NCBI RefSeq assembly: GCF_003367375.1
Contig: NZ_CP031416.1
Location: forward strand, 3,900,674-3,940,673
Length of the DNA: 40,000 nt
DNA from: Gallaecimonas mangrovi
Lineage (GTDB): Bacteria > Pseudomonadota > Gammaproteobacteria > Enterobacterales > Gallaecimonadaceae
Reading direction: 5' to 3'
The notes under the pieces were generated by a model. The model was not told the DNA's origin. It did not search any database and saw nothing but the letters and a program-made list of their open reading frames with translations. Position 1 is the first letter of the stretch, and each line of letters begins with the position of its first letter. Shown piece after piece: positions 1 to 9,108 of the stretch. The position numbers and the translations under genes were made by a program.

Positions 1-1
1 C

Positions 2-481
2 TTTCGCCGCAACGGTTATATCAGCGCCTTTGGCGAAGGTTGGGCGCTGTATTGTGAATACCTGGGCGAAGAAGCCGGTTTCTACCAAACCCCCTACGAG
101 CATTTTGCCCGGCTGATTTTTGATGCCTGGCGCGCCGCCCGTTTAGTGGTCGATACCGGTATTCACTGGGACGGATGGAGCCGCGAGCGCGCTCAGCGCT
201 ACATGGCCGACAATACCGGCTTGTCGCTGCATAACGTGCAAACCGAAACCGACCGCTATATCACCTGGCCGGGCCAAGCCCTTTCCTACAAAATGGGTGA
301 ACTGACCATTCTCAGGTTGCGCCACAAGGCCGAAAAAGCCTTGGGTGATAAATTTGATATTCGCCGCTTCCACGACGCCGTATTGGCCAACGGCGCCGTG
401 CCACTGAAAGTCTTAGAGCAACAAATAGACCGCTTTATTTCCGAAGAAAAAGCCCGCACGGCGATGCCAGCGAAAGGATAA
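2..481 (+). CDS. DUF885 family protein, C-terminal part (5' end outside window)
   Basis: The open frame runs from the window edge to a stop at 481. It contains GEGWALYCEYLG and VDTGIHW...YITWPGQALSYKMGE, typical of DUF885. A hairpin terminator follows. Confidence 0.7.
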   Translation, partial: FRRNGYISAFGEGWALYCEYLGEEAGFYQTPYEHFARLIFDAWRAARLVVDTGIHWDGWSRERAQRYMADNTGLSLHNVQTETDRYITWPGQALSYKMGELTILRLRHKAEKALGDKFDIRRFHDAVLANGAVPLKVLEQQIDRFISEEKARTAMPAKG

Positions 482-493
482 AGCAGACGAAAT

Positions 494-520
494 AAAAAGC
501 CCCGCAATGCGGGGCTTTTT
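494..520 (+). terminator. Rho-independent terminator (GCCCCGCAATGCGGGGC hairpin plus T-run)
   Basis: A GC hairpin flanked by an A-run and a T-run lies directly after the stop at 481. Nearly the same hairpin recurs at 5176 and 6271. Confidence 0.8.
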
Positions 521-1046
521 ATTGCAAACATTATTTTACAGTTGGTAAGTTCGTATGCTTTACACACCGACATAACGAATAAAAAACAGCCAGCGATGAG
601 AAATAATTAATCTCTTTGCACCATTCTTAACTTTTTTAAGTCACCAACGATTTTAAATAATAAAAATGCAGCTAACTGTCATTATTTTATTACGAATACG
701 GAAAAGCTAATTTACATTAACCCATAAAATAACCCGTGATTAAAATCACGAAAAGACAGTGTAATGAGATCCGCATCATAAAAATCAAGCCATTGTTTTA
801 TATGACAAATGTGGCATACACAAACTTACCCACCAGCGGCAAAGGCTGCTTTTAACAGCCCATCTTTACAAACCCCATCAAAAATGACATTAGTGTTTTA
901 CAAAAACATTTGTGGTGATAAACACTTTGTTTAATCTCATTACCACCAGCAAAAAAATATCACCAGAATTCCTACAAAGCCTAATCCACATCGCGCTAAC
1001 ACCTTCTGAAACTTGACGAAGGCAATTTATTTTCGGGGAATAACAG

Positions 1047-3275
1047 ATGCACCATAAAAAGAACTTTCCGCTTTCTTGCGTTTGCTTAGCCTTGTTATCG
1101 GCGAGCACCACCTTTTCGGCATTTGCGGCCAATAGCGACTCGCAAAATACCAACGCAACCCAAAAACAAAGTCACCTTAAAAAGAAAAGAGACGACGTTG
1201 AAAAAATTGTGGTTACCGCCACTAAACGTAAAGAAGACCGGGGTGATATTGCCGGCACCGTTGATGCCATATCTCAAGACAAATTAGAGTCAATGGCCGC
1301 CCAAAGCCTGTCGGATTACATTACCCAGGTGCCGGGCGTGGCATTCAACAATCTGATACCCGGCGTCTCGGAAGTGGTACTGCGTGGTATGGCTACCACC
1401 ACTTACCACGAGCAAAACCAAACCACCACCGGTTATTACCTCAACCAAATCCCGTTAAGTGAGCCCGGTTGGCCGATTGTTATTCCCGATATCGACACCT
1501 TCGATTTGCAACGGGTAGAGGTACTGCGTGGCCCGCAGGGCACCTTGTTTGGCTCTTCATCCTTAGGCGGCTTGATTAACTATGTTGCCAATGAAGCCTC
1601 TACCGATGGTTTTGACGCCGCAATAGAAGCCGGCATGACCAATGTCGCCCACTCCAGCGACACCGGCTATAGCGTCAAAGGGATGTTCAATATTCCCATC
1701 ACCGACACTTTCGCCGCACGTTTGGTTGCGGTGCACCACAAACGCGCCGGTTACCTTGATAACATCGGTACCGGTAAGGATGATGCCAACAAGTCCTACA
1801 CCGACGGCGGCCGCCTGTCCTTGGTGTGGGATCCCACCGACAGCACCCACATCAGCTGGCTGTCGATGAGCCAGGAAATCGATACCAAAGATCAGTCTTA
1901 CATCAGCACCGGCTACCAGCGCGATTCGCTTATTCCGGAAGAAACCAAACCGAAAATCACCCTGCATAGCCTGCATGTTGACCAAGACCTCGGCTTTGCA
2001 ACCCTTACCGTACAAGGCTCCTATGCCCACAAAGTGGCAGATAACACCCTCGACTACACCGGCGCTTACGGCCAAGGTTTCTTGGGTACCGATGACATTC
2101 CCACCACCGGCCACTACACCACCGACAGCTACAATGGCGAGGTGCGCCTGACCTCACCAGATGCCCAGTCACTGCGCTGGATTGTGGGCACCATGTATAG
2201 CCACAACGACGAGCACATGGTTGACCGAGACCATGCCAAGGGCGCGGTGGATTACATTAACGACCATCCCGATGACTACGGCGACGACATGGGTGAAACC
2301 CTGGCCGGTGGCGACCTGCTGTACGACTACCATGTTCACCAGAAATTTACCGAAAAGGCGCTGTTTGGCGAGTTGAACTACGACTTTGACCCGCAATGGA
2401 CCCTGACGCTGGGTGGCCGTTACTTCCACACCACCAACAACAGTGAACTGCACAACTATTACAAAATCGGTTATCCGCTGGCTTTTGACTACGACGAAGG
2501 CGCCAGCGATACCGGCTTCACTCCTAAGGTCAGCCTACGCTACAAACTGAACGATAACCTGATGACCTACGCCCTTTATTCTGAGGGCTACCGGGTGGGT
2601 GGTGCCAATGCCATGCCGCCGTCTACCGAGTACAACTCGCCCCTGACTTACGGCAGCGATTCGGATAAAAACTACGAATTGGGTTTGCGCTCTGACTGGT
2701 TAAGCCATCTTTTGTCGCTCGATTTCACGGTTTACCGGGTCGACTGGGATAACATTCAGGTGCAAATGTCCCGCGGTGACGGCTTTAGCTACACCACTAA
2801 CGCCGGTGGTGCCCGTAACCAAGGCGCCGAATTGTCCTTTACTCTGCGGCCTACCGACGAGCTAAGCTGGCAGAGCAATGTGACTTATCTTGACTCCAAG
2901 CTCACCTCCGATCTGCCTTCCTATTCGAGCACGGTGCCGTCGGGCAGTCGCCTGCCGGGTGCGTCAAAATGGACCATCAACAACATTATTACCTGGGATC
3001 TGGACCTGCCCTATAGCCCCCGTTTGATGCTAACCCAGCACTACGTATCAAAAGCGCCGGTGGCATTTAATGCCGAAATGCAGCGCGGCGGCTATACCAC
3101 TTACGATCTGAAAACCAGCGTGGTTAAGGGCAATTATCAGCTCAACTTCTACGTCAACAACCTCTTTGATAAATACGGCATTGTTGACTCGCCCTACGTG
3201 GGTACCAATGGTTATCGCTCCACCACTATTTTGCAGCCTCGCACCATTGGTCTGACCCTAAGTTGGAAGTATTAA
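1047..3275 (+). CDS. TonB-dependent outer-membrane receptor
   Basis: 742 aa with a signal peptide (LALLSASTTFSAFA). Plug region motifs IVVTATKRKE and QRVEVLRGPQGTLFGSSSLGG are present. The long beta-barrel ends in an aromatic residue (LSWKY). Confidence 0.85.
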   Translation: MHHKKNFPLSCVCLALLSASTTFSAFAANSDSQNTNATQKQSHLKKKRDDVEKIVVTATKRKEDRGDIAGTVDAISQDKLESMAAQSLSDYITQVPGVAFNNLIPGVSEVVLRGMATTTYHEQNQTTTGYYLNQIPLSEPGWPIVIPDIDTFDLQRVEVLRGPQGTLFGSSSLGGLINYVANEASTDGFDAAIEAGMTNVAHSSDTGYSVKGMFNIPITDTFAARLVAVHHKRAGYLDNIGTGKDDANKSYTDGGRLSLVWDPTDSTHISWLSMSQEIDTKDQSYISTGYQRDSLIPEETKPKITLHSLHVDQDLGFATLTVQGSYAHKVADNTLDYTGAYGQGFLGTDDIPTTGHYTTDSYNGEVRLTSPDAQSLRWIVGTMYSHNDEHMVDRDHAKGAVDYINDHPDDYGDDMGETLAGGDLLYDYHVHQKFTEKALFGELNYDFDPQWTLTLGGRYFHTTNNSELHNYYKIGYPLAFDYDEGASDTGFTPKVSLRYKLNDNLMTYALYSEGYRVGGANAMPPSTEYNSPLTYGSDSDKNYELGLRSDWLSHLLSLDFTVYRVDWDNIQVQMSRGDGFSYTTNAGGARNQGAELSFTLRPTDELSWQSNVTYLDSKLTSDLPSYSSTVPSGSRLPGASKWTINNIITWDLDLPYSPRLMLTQHYVSKAPVAFNAEMQRGGYTTYDLKTSVVKGNYQLNFYVNNLFDKYGIVDSPYVGTNGYRSTTILQPRTIGLTLSWKY

Positions 3276-3276
3276 T

Positions 3277-5169
3277 ATGAAGTTTTTGCCAATCAGCCTG
3301 CTGGCGACGTTGGCCGTTGCTGGGTGCGCAAGCACCCAGCCAACGTCAGCCACGACACCGGTTTACGACGCCACCGCCATTTTTAACACCATTAGTTATA
3401 AAAACCTGTCGTTATCAGCCAATGGCCAACAAGCACTACTGAGCAGCGACCAATCTGGCCAATTTAATGTTTACGCCAAGCCCTTATCCGGCGGCCCGGC
3501 CAAGCCGCTGCTGAAAAACAGCAAAGGTACCCGCTACGCCGTGAGTTGGTTTCCGCATTCAACACGGTTCTTGTTTGAGCAAGATGGCGGCGGTAACGAG
3601 CTTTTTCATATCTACGTCAAAGACAGCACCGGCCAGCACGACCTAATAAAAGGCAAACAAGCCAGGGGGGAATTCCACGGTTTTAGTGGTGACGGCAAAG
3701 CCTTTTTTATGCTCACCAACGAGCGTGACCCGCGGCAAATGGACCTTTACCGCTACGACGCTAAAACCTACCAGCGCCGGTTAGTGTTTAAAAACACCAA
3801 GGCGTTTGCGATTGATGCCATCAGTGCCGACGGCCACTATGCGGCATTGTCAAAAATCAATAATAACGCCGATACCGACCTGTACTTGGTCAACCTCACG
3901 GTCAAAAACCCTGTACCAAGGTTAATTGGCAATCAGCCCGGTATCGCCGCTAACTTTGTTGGCAAAAGCTTTGGGCCAAAAAGCCAGCAGCTTTACTACA
4001 CCTCTGATGCCAATAGCGACCTGGCCGAGCTTTGGTCTTATAACCTTGCTACCGGCGCTAAGCACAAAGTTGCCACCGCCCCTGGCGATATTGTGAGTTT
4101 TGCCTTTTCAAATACCGGCCGTTACCAGGTGATAGGTTACAACGCCCACGAACGCATTGGCCTTGAGCTCATTGATACACAAAGCCAGCAACAGGTTAAG
4201 ATAAAAGGCCTGCCTACAGGTGATATCGACTCGGTGCAATTTAGCCATGACGACGCCTTAATGGCCTTTTACCAAACCAGCGACACGTCGCCGGCCAACC
4301 TCTATAGCTACCGCTTTAAAGACCAGCGGTTAACAGCCCTGACCTCGGCGCTAAACCCTCATATTAACCCGGCTGATTTGGTCAAGGCCCAGTCGGTGCA
4401 CTTTGCAAGCTTTGACGGGTTAAGCATCCCAGCCTTGCTTTATAAGCCCCATAACGCCTCGCCTACCCATAAAACGCCGGTAGTACTTTGGATCCACGGC
4501 GGCCCGGGCGGACAAAGCCGCCACGGTTATCGCGCCACCATTCAGTATTTGGTGAATAACGGCTACGCCATTTTGGCGGTTAATAACCGCGGCTCAGAGG
4601 GTTACGGTAAACGCTTTTATCACCTTGATGATCGCCGCCACGGTGAAGACGATCTGATGGATTTGGTGAAAGCCAAAGACTACCTGACCACACTACCGTG
4701 GGTAGACAGCCAGCACATTGGCATTCTGGGCGGCAGCTATGGTGGCTACTTGGCGGTAGCGGCGCTGGCCTTTCACCCCAACGTCTTTGCAGCCGGTATT
4801 GATATTTTTGGCGTAACCAACTGGCCGCGTACCCTGGCGTCCATTCCGCCTTGGTGGGAAGTGGCAAAAAACTATCTCTACAGCGAGATGGGTGACCCCT
4901 TTAACCCCAAAGACAAGGCAAGGCTGGAGCGCATTTCACCGCTAATGCATTCGCAAGGTATCAATAAGCCGTTATTGGTGATGCAAGGCGCTAATGACCC
5001 ACGGGTACTGCCACGTGAAAGCAAAGAGCTGGTGGCCGAACTTCAAAAACGCCAAGTACCGGTGGAATACGTGGAACTGGCAGGTGAGGGCCACGGCTTT
5101 AAAAAGACCGCCGACCGCATTAAGGCAGCGCAAACCTATCTGCACTTCTTGCAGCGCTATCTGCCCTGA
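3277..5169 (+). CDS. S9 family serine peptidase (prolyl oligopeptidase/dipeptidyl aminopeptidase type), predicted lipoprotein
   Basis: The ATG starts 1 nt after the receptor stop, which suggests an operon. It has a lipobox (LAVAGCAS), WIHGGPGGQ, the nucleophile elbow GGSYGGY, and C-terminal QGANDPRV...GEGHGF. Confidence 0.85.
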   Translation: MKFLPISLLATLAVAGCASTQPTSATTPVYDATAIFNTISYKNLSLSANGQQALLSSDQSGQFNVYAKPLSGGPAKPLLKNSKGTRYAVSWFPHSTRFLFEQDGGGNELFHIYVKDSTGQHDLIKGKQARGEFHGFSGDGKAFFMLTNERDPRQMDLYRYDAKTYQRRLVFKNTKAFAIDAISADGHYAALSKINNNADTDLYLVNLTVKNPVPRLIGNQPGIAANFVGKSFGPKSQQLYYTSDANSDLAELWSYNLATGAKHKVATAPGDIVSFAFSNTGRYQVIGYNAHERIGLELIDTQSQQQVKIKGLPTGDIDSVQFSHDDALMAFYQTSDTSPANLYSYRFKDQRLTALTSALNPHINPADLVKAQSVHFASFDGLSIPALLYKPHNASPTHKTPVVLWIHGGPGGQSRHGYRATIQYLVNNGYAILAVNNRGSEGYGKRFYHLDDRRHGEDDLMDLVKAKDYLTTLPWVDSQHIGILGGSYGGYLAVAALAFHPNVFAAGIDIFGVTNWPRTLASIPPWWEVAKNYLYSEMGDPFNPKDKARLERISPLMHSQGINKPLLVMQGANDPRVLPRESKELVAELQKRQVPVEYVELAGEGHGFKKTADRIKAAQTYLHFLQRYLP

Positions 5170-5170
5170 T

Positions 5171-5265
5171 AAAAAGCCCCGCATTGCGGGGCTTTTTTTT
5201 GCTCCGGCGCCACTAAAAAAGCAAACGACATTGCTGTTTTTTAAGGCAATATAGCCAAAGCGTCG
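5171..5265. repeat. Intergenic module copy A (terminator hairpin plus 55-nt core 5201-5255)
   Basis: Near-identical to 6266-6358. The 55-nt core GCTCCGGCGCCACTAAAAAAGCAAACGACATTGCTGTTTTTTAAGGCAATATAGC is identical in both copies. Confidence 0.9.
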
Positions 5266-5302
5266 TATAGCGAAAAAGCCAACAACAATGAAAGGGGGAG
5301 AG

Positions 5303-6178
5303 ATGCAACAATCTATGTTTAAGGGGCTGGTGTTTGCGTTGGCACTGGTTGCCTCGGCACCGGCCTTCTCGCAAAGCTGTGAAGTCATGTTACCGGTCAG
5401 CATCGAGCGCAACACGCCTTTTCTGGCCTTAACTATCGGCAAACAAACGGTTACGGCAGAACTTGATTTAGGGGCGAGAACAGCGCTGCATCTGCCAAGC
5501 ACGCTGATTAAAACCCTGCCGGGTGTGCATTACAGCAACAAAAGCCTTCGCAGCATGAACGCCGAAGGTAAAGTGCAGCAAAATAAACTTTTTACCCTCG
5601 ACAGCCTTTCCTTAGGCTGCCTGACCCTTACCCAGCTTAGCGGCGTTGAATTCCAGCCCTGGGAAGTGAACATGGGCGATGCATCCAAAGCGCCCAAACA
5701 GCCAAAAGCAGTAATAGGCCGTGACTTTTTTAAAGGCCAGATACTGCACCTTGATTTAGCCCACCAGCGCCTGACCATAACGCCAAGCAAGGCACCACTG
5801 GTGGGCTCGAGTCGTTACCAAAATACAGCCGAGGGCCTGACCATAGTGGCCACAAACCATGGCCACCCTTATCACTTGGTGCTAGATACCGGCGCCACCA
5901 ACTCGGTATTGGCAACAGCGAAAGTTGCCAAAGACGCGGTCATTGACCATTGCAGCTTTAATCTTGGCAACAACATTCCCTGCCAAACCTTGGCTGGGGG
6001 CCTTACTGTCCAGAGCCATACCTTTGCCTTGTCACCGCTGCTAATAATCCCCTTCGATCCGCGCTTTCAACAAGACGGCCTGCTGGGCTACGACTTTTTT
6101 AGCCAAGCGGTAGTCGATATCGATTTTGGCCACCAGCAATGGCGTTTGGCGGCCAAGGCCCAACCGAGCCGACAATAG
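5303..6178 (+). CDS. Secreted bilobed retropepsin-like aspartic protease family protein (paralog 1)
   Basis: A strong SD (GGGGGAG) precedes the ATG at 5303, and a signal peptide is present (ALALVASAPAFS). The second lobe has LVLDTGATNSVL and the first has ELDLGARTAL. IGRDFFKG and GLLGYDFF are flap/dimer-type motifs. Confidence 0.55.
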   Translation: MQQSMFKGLVFALALVASAPAFSQSCEVMLPVSIERNTPFLALTIGKQTVTAELDLGARTALHLPSTLIKTLPGVHYSNKSLRSMNAEGKVQQNKLFTLDSLSLGCLTLTQLSGVEFQPWEVNMGDASKAPKQPKAVIGRDFFKGQILHLDLAHQRLTITPSKAPLVGSSRYQNTAEGLTIVATNHGHPYHLVLDTGATNSVLATAKVAKDAVIDHCSFNLGNNIPCQTLAGGLTVQSHTFALSPLLIIPFDPRFQQDGLLGYDFFSQAVVDIDFGHQQWRLAAKAQPSRQ

Positions 6179-6265
6179 CCAGCGCCTTGCTCAGCATTAG
6201 CCCTTGTCAGCAACGCCACCGGAACAATCAGGCGCTGCTGGCAACAGCATAAAGCCCGCCAATAT

Positions 6266-6358
6266 AAAGGCCCTGCAATGCGGGGCTTTTTTTGCTCCGG
6301 CGCCACTAAAAAAGCAAACGACATTGCTGTTTTTTAAGGCAATATAGCTAAAGCGTCG
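6266..6358. repeat. Intergenic module copy B (terminator hairpin plus 55-nt core 6294-6348)
   Basis: Second copy of the module at 5171-5265, in the same position relative to the next protease paralog. Confidence 0.9.
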
Positions 6359-6418
6359 CTTAGTTATTGCATGGCAATATCATCGATATTTTCTCGCCTA
6401 AAGGATGCCTAAAAAAGC

Positions 6419-7291
6419 ATGGAAGCGTTATTGAGCCGCCCCCTTATAAAAATCGTTTTCAGCCTGTTCGTGGCGCTGCTGGCTGCCGGGCCTGCCAAAG
6501 CGGCATCAACCTGTGACCATGTCACGCTGCCTCTTAATTTCGACAGCTTAGGGTTACCGCATATTGACCTCGAAATTGCTGGTCACAGCCAGTCGGCGCT
6601 ACTGGACTTAGGGGTAGAGTCTGCCCTGTATTTGACCCGGGATATGGTTATCAAAAGCCACGCCCTAACCTACACCGGCGATGCGCAGCTCCAAGAAGAC
6701 TTAGCCGGGCACCAGCAAGTGCCTTGGCTGTTTACCATCAAGCATTTTCAGATTGAATGCATGAGCTTTAATCAGATAAGCGGTGCCGAATTGCTGCCTT
6801 GGGGCCTGACCATTGGCCAAGTAAAACTGCCGGACGAAAAAATCATCATCGGCCGTGACTTTTTTAAAGGTAAGGTGCTGGAAATAAGCTACCTGTTTTC
6901 CAGCCTGACTATCCGCCAGCCTAAAGCCGCCCCCGGCCCCGAATTTGAACCAATGAAAATGGACGCCAACGGCATTGCCGTCACGGCTAAAACCTTGTCA
7001 AAAACCTACCAATTGGTGCTGGACACCGGGGCAAGCTTTAGCTTTATCCGCCCCAAGAGCGTGCCTAAAGGCGAGCAAATTCGCCCCTGTCATTACCCCT
7101 TGGGCAAGGTGCAATGCCGGTTATTGGACAGGCCATTGCTGGTGGGCCACAAGGCGTTTTCGTCGCAATTTCTCATTTATCCAGTGTCACCAAGCTTTCA
7201 GCGCGACGGCATTTTAGGGGCCGATTTTTTCAAGCAATACGATGTGGATATCGACTTTAAACACCGTGCCATCAGACTAATTAAAACCTGA
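6419..7291 (+). CDS. Secreted bilobed retropepsin-like aspartic protease family protein (paralog 2)
   Basis: Signal peptide (LLAAGPAKA), LLDLGVESAL in the first lobe, LVLDTGASFSFI in the second, plus IIGRDFFKG and GILGADFF. It is collinear with paralog 1. Confidence 0.55.
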   Translation: MEALLSRPLIKIVFSLFVALLAAGPAKAASTCDHVTLPLNFDSLGLPHIDLEIAGHSQSALLDLGVESALYLTRDMVIKSHALTYTGDAQLQEDLAGHQQVPWLFTIKHFQIECMSFNQISGAELLPWGLTIGQVKLPDEKIIIGRDFFKGKVLEISYLFSSLTIRQPKAAPGPEFEPMKMDANGIAVTAKTLSKTYQLVLDTGASFSFIRPKSVPKGEQIRPCHYPLGKVQCRLLDRPLLVGHKAFSSQFLIYPVSPSFQRDGILGADFFKQYDVDIDFKHRAIRLIKT

Positions 7292-7327
7292 GCACCACCC
7301 CGGTAGTCGTTAAAAAGGAGCAGCGCC

Positions 7328-7810
7328 TTGCTAAGCATTAGCCCTTATCAACCCAGCCACCGCAATGGCGTTATTCGTTTGATATTGCCCATTCAGCAGC
7401 ACGAATTTGAGCTGGATATTGATATCGCCCGCCAACCAGACCTGATGGATATTGCCGGCTATTACCAACAAAACCGTGGCAATTTTTGGGTAGCGTTGGA
7501 CGGCGCCAGTGTCGTGGGTTCAATTTCCCTATTAGATATCGGCAACGGCCAAGGAGCGCTGCGCAAGATGTTTGTCAAAGCCAGCCACAGAGGCAGCGAT
7601 AAGGCAGTAGCCGCAACCTTGCTCACCACACTGATTGATTGGTGCCACAAAAAAGGAATTAACGAGATCTTTCTTGGCACCACGGCGCAATTTTTAGCGG
7701 CACACCGCTTTTATGAAAAGCATAATTTTCAATTGGTTAGTAAAGAATCCTTACCCGGTGCCTTTCCTGTCATGCAGGTCGACAGCCGCTTCTACCGCTT
7801 GTCGCTCTGA
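7328..7810 (+). CDS. GNAT family N-acetyltransferase
   Basis: 160 aa with a TTG start. The acetyl-CoA binding type segment is LRKMFVKASHRGSDKAVAATLL, and the size and layout are typical of GNAT. Confidence 0.6.
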   Translation: MLSISPYQPSHRNGVIRLILPIQQHEFELDIDIARQPDLMDIAGYYQQNRGNFWVALDGASVVGSISLLDIGNGQGALRKMFVKASHRGSDKAVAATLLTTLIDWCHKKGINEIFLGTTAQFLAAHRFYEKHNFQLVSKESLPGAFPVMQVDSRFYRLSL

Positions 7811-7917
7811 GCAGAGTGCGCCAGTTGAGCCAAGATAAATTGAAACACAAAGTCGTTTGATCCAAGCCCCCACTCCCTGTTGTACTGGTAACAACGCTTG
7901 AATGAATAGGAGATACC

Positions 7918-8565
7918 ATGCAGGTATTGCTGATTGGTGCCACCGGCGGCGTTGGCCGGTTACTGGTGCCCATGCTGCAAGACAGCCCCCGCCATCAATT
8001 GCGCGTCATTGCCCGTAAGGCCGAACAGGTCGCCGACTTTAAAGCCAAGGGTATTGACGCTGTACAAGCATCGCTAGAAGGCAGCGTTGATGCCTTGGCC
8101 GACGCCATGGCAGGCGTTGATGCGGTGATTTTTTCCGCCGGCTCCGGCGGCAGCACCAGTAGCGACAAAACCTTGCTGGTGGACTTAGACGGTGCGGTAA
8201 AAGCCATGGAAGCGGCCGAACAAGCCGATGTAAGCCAGTTTTTAATGGTGAGCGCCATTCAAGCCCACCACCGCGAAAACTGGCATGAAAGCCTGCTGCC
8301 CTATTATGCCGCCAAGCATTACGCCGACCGGTTGCTGATCGCCAGCGACTTGGACTACACCATAGTGCGCCCCGGCACCCTGACCAACGATGCCGGAACC
8401 GGCAAGGTGAAAGTTGCCACCAACATCACCGGTGGCGGCACCATCGCCCGTGAAGACGTCGCTAAAGTCTTACTGGCCTGCCTGGACAACCCGCAAAGTT
8501 CACGTCAGGCCTTTGACTTGGTCAGTGGCGACACGCCCATTGCTGACGCCCTGAACAACCTCTAA
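7918..8565 (+). CDS. NAD(P)H-binding atypical SDR family oxidoreductase
   Basis: N-terminal Rossmann motif VLLIGATGGVGR. At 215 aa its length and layout match NmrA/YhfK-like proteins. Confidence 0.7.
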   Translation: MQVLLIGATGGVGRLLVPMLQDSPRHQLRVIARKAEQVADFKAKGIDAVQASLEGSVDALADAMAGVDAVIFSAGSGGSTSSDKTLLVDLDGAVKAMEAAEQADVSQFLMVSAIQAHHRENWHESLLPYYAAKHYADRLLIASDLDYTIVRPGTLTNDAGTGKVKVATNITGGGTIAREDVAKVLLACLDNPQSSRQAFDLVSGDTPIADALNNL

Positions 8566-8570
8566 CAAGC

Positions 8571-8598
8571 AAAAAGCCCTCGCAAGAGGGCTTTTTTT
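8571..8598. terminator. Bidirectional hairpin terminator between convergent genes
   Basis: AAAAAGCCCTCGCAAGAGGGCTTTTTTT lies between the stops at 8565 (+) and 8601 (-). Confidence 0.8.
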
Positions 8599-8600
8599 CA

Positions 8601-8990
8601 TCAGGCCGCAAAGCGCTGGTGGAGATACTGGTTGATGTCGTTCGATTCATACATCCATTCGACTTTGCCATCGTCGTGGGTAATTTTAAGGCAAGGCACC
8701 TTCACCCGGCCGCCACCCGCTTCCAGCGCCTGCCGGGCTTTAGGGTCGCGCTGCACATTGGCCATGGCCACCGGTAAAGCCAGGCGATGCACTTCTTTTT
8801 TGACCTTGATGCAAAAAGGGCAGGTATTAAATTGATACAGCTCCAGCTGCTTACAGGCTTCGTCTACCTTGGCTTGGGCGTCGGCACTGCGGCTAATGGG
8901 CTTGGGTTTGGAAACAGCGGCATAAATCAGCATAAAAGGCATCAAAACGCGGCGTAGGACTTTGAAAAACAAACGGATAACGAGTCTCAC
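8601..8990 (-). CDS. Glutaredoxin-family protein with N-terminal membrane anchor
   Basis: GTG start with an AGGAGA SD. It has a hydrophobic N-terminus, the CPFC active-site motif, and the downstream VPCL...G pattern of the thioredoxin fold. Confidence 0.65.
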   Translation of the reverse strand: MRLVIRLFFKVLRRVLMPFMLIYAAVSKPKPISRSADAQAKVDEACKQLELYQFNTCPFCIKVKKEVHRLALPVAMANVQRDPKARQALEAGGGRVKVPCLKITHDDGKVEWMYESNDINQYLHQRFAA

Positions 8991-9108
8991 GGCCTCTCCT
9001 TCTTACCCGGTTTCGGGCAGACAACATTGCTAGGAAAGTGACCAGTTTAACAGGCTAACCTCAAGGCGGCGACTGCTAGCCAACCGCTAGCAGCCACCGA
9101 TGAAGGCT

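Noticed and set aside
660-710. Possible Fur box upstream of the TonB-dependent receptor (TGTCATTATTTTATTAC region).
   Set aside because: It shows only a partial resemblance to GATAATGATAATCATTATC in an AT-rich background. That is not enough to call.
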